From: a virus
Length of the DNA stretch: 28,703 nt
Strand: one strand, 5' to 3'
UHGV virus genome: UHGV-0259485
A program made the position numbers and the translations under genes. Shown here one piece after another: positions 27,739-28,703 of this stretch. The notes beneath the pieces were generated by a model. The model saw only the letters and a program-made list of their open reading frames with translations, was not told where the DNA came from and searched no databases. Position 1 is the first letter of the stretch. The number at the start of each line of letters is the position of its first letter.

Positions 27739-27813
27739 AATAACCTCCCAATGAACAGGTATCATCAGGAGGTTATAATAAAATATGATTATTTACTTTG
27801 ATTGAATTTATTA

Positions 27814-28185
27814 CTATATGTAACAATCAATTTCTAAAGATACCCCCAACATTGCCAGACAACCGTCAATAAACCCTTCAGCTTTCTGCAGTCTGATAAC
27901 AACCTGATTAAGTGATATCCCCAGTTTTACCCCCAACACCCGTAATGTAACCCCATACACATAATACATTTCCAGTAATTCGTATTGATACGGTTCCTTT
28001 TTCTTAAGAACTGTCATCGCAGAGCTAATGATCAGGCCATCGTCATCGCTACATTGCGGGCGGGATTTTACTTTCGAAGGAATTAATCCCTTAAAACCTG
28101 CAGCAACAGATGACCATTCCACATCCTCGTGATTATTTGCCACCCATGCCCCCCAACGTTCAAGAACCATTTGAATATCACGCAT
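27814..28185 (-). CDS. Q: Late-gene antiterminator Q (QuuD / phage 82-type)
   Basis: MRDIQMVLERWGAWVANNHEDVEWSSVAAGFKGLIPSKVKSRPQC... matches recalled E. coli QuuD-type Q; track ORF extends 5 codons further upstream. Confidence 0.8.
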   Translation of the reverse strand: MRDIQMVLERWGAWVANNHEDVEWSSVAAGFKGLIPSKVKSRPQCSDDDGLIISSAMTVLKKKEPYQYELLEMYYVYGVTLRVLGVKLGISLNQVVIRLQKAEGFIDGCLAMLGVSLEIDCYI

Positions 28186-28202
28186 CAACTTTCTCCACAA
28201 AA

Positions 28203-28703
28203 TCAGGCCAGCACGCCTATTGCCAGCGCACGATCGATAAAACGAAATATCAGCTCCAGCTGGGAGCCATACTTCTCTTCAAATGCCACGGTATCCGCAT
28301 GCAGCTCGTCGTGATGCTTTCTGCACAAAGGCAGCACGAAGAGGTCATGCGCTTTTGTACCCATTCCCCCCTGACCGTGGCCTATCAGGTGGTGGGGATC
28401 ATCAGCAGGCTTTCCACAACATGCACACGGCTGCGTCTTAACCCAGCGCGTGTACTTTTCATTAACCCAGCGGCGACGTTTGGGGCGTAACATAAAAGAC
28501 TCCGGCGACTCCGGATCCACTTTCAGCGCCAGCACCTTTTTCGCTTTATCCTGGATGATGCTGGTGGCAGGAACCGAAGGCACAAGGTCACTTTCCCGGG
28601 TGACAGACGGCACAACAGGCTTCGGTAATCTCAGTGCCTTACGGGCTGCACTTTCCGGTAAGGCATCCGCCAGATCATTACGAATCAGCCACCAGCACAG
28701 TTC
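28203..28703 (-). CDS. DUF968-like zinc-binding phage protein (5' end beyond window)
   Basis: Reading frame stays open to the window edge; C-terminal CACCGKPADDPHHLIGHGQGGMGTKAHDLFVLPLCRKHHDELH Cys/His cluster; immediately upstream of Q. Confidence 0.5.
   Translation of the reverse strand, partial: ELCWWLIRNDLADALPESAARKALRLPKPVVPSVTRESDLVPSVPATSIIQDKAKKVLALKVDPESPESFMLRPKRRRWVNEKYTRWVKTQPCACCGKPADDPHHLIGHGQGGMGTKAHDLFVLPLCRKHHDELHADTVAFEEKYGSQLELIFRFIDRALAIGVLA

Larger units (their letters stand above)
1..28703 (-). mobile_element. Prophage late region (P22/Sf6-like morphogenesis module joined to a Stx-phage-like Q-tRNA-nanS-p-lysis region); both ends lie outside the window
   Basis: Contiguous minus-strand gene order Q, lysis genes, TerS/TerL, portal, scaffold, coat, ejection proteins, ant, tailspike matches P22-like phages. 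No integrase or att site in window. Confidence 0.85.

Noticed and set aside
1-28703. CRISPR array, rRNA, transposase or integrase
   Set aside because: No periodic repeat-spacer array, no rRNA-like sequence, and no recombinase or transposase-like ORF; the only repeats are the 24-bp mnt duplication and operator half-sites.

Overview
The window is the late region of a P22/Sf6-like lambdoid prophage from an enterobacterium, with almost every gene on the minus strand. Reading in the direction of transcription (high to low coordinates): DUF968-like gene (partial), antiterminator Q, a cargo block (unknown 205-aa AT-rich gene, PapI/FaeA-like small regulator, AraC-family regulator), three tRNAs (Ile2-CAU, Arg-UCG, Arg-UCU), about 490 bp of structured non-coding DNA where Stx phages carry stxAB, a nanS-p-type sialate O-acetylesterase, two small ORFs, a lysis cassette (S21-like pinholin, extra gene, SAR endolysin, 32-aa peptide ORF, Rz/Rz1), Rha and two small genes, then TerS, TerL, portal, scaffold, coat, gp4/gp10/gp26/gp14/gp7/gp20/gp16-like virion proteins, a moron island, an immI-like region (duplicated mnt-like genes, arc, ant) and the N-terminal part of the tailspike running off the window start. 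No rRNA, CRISPR array, transposase, integrase or Shiga toxin gene is present. The best candidates for undescribed biology are the Mnt-Mnt-ClpP-fold operon at 2059-3103 and the unknown 205-aa gene directly downstream of Q at 27121-27738. All family assignments are from reading the translations and recalled family signatures; no database search was run.
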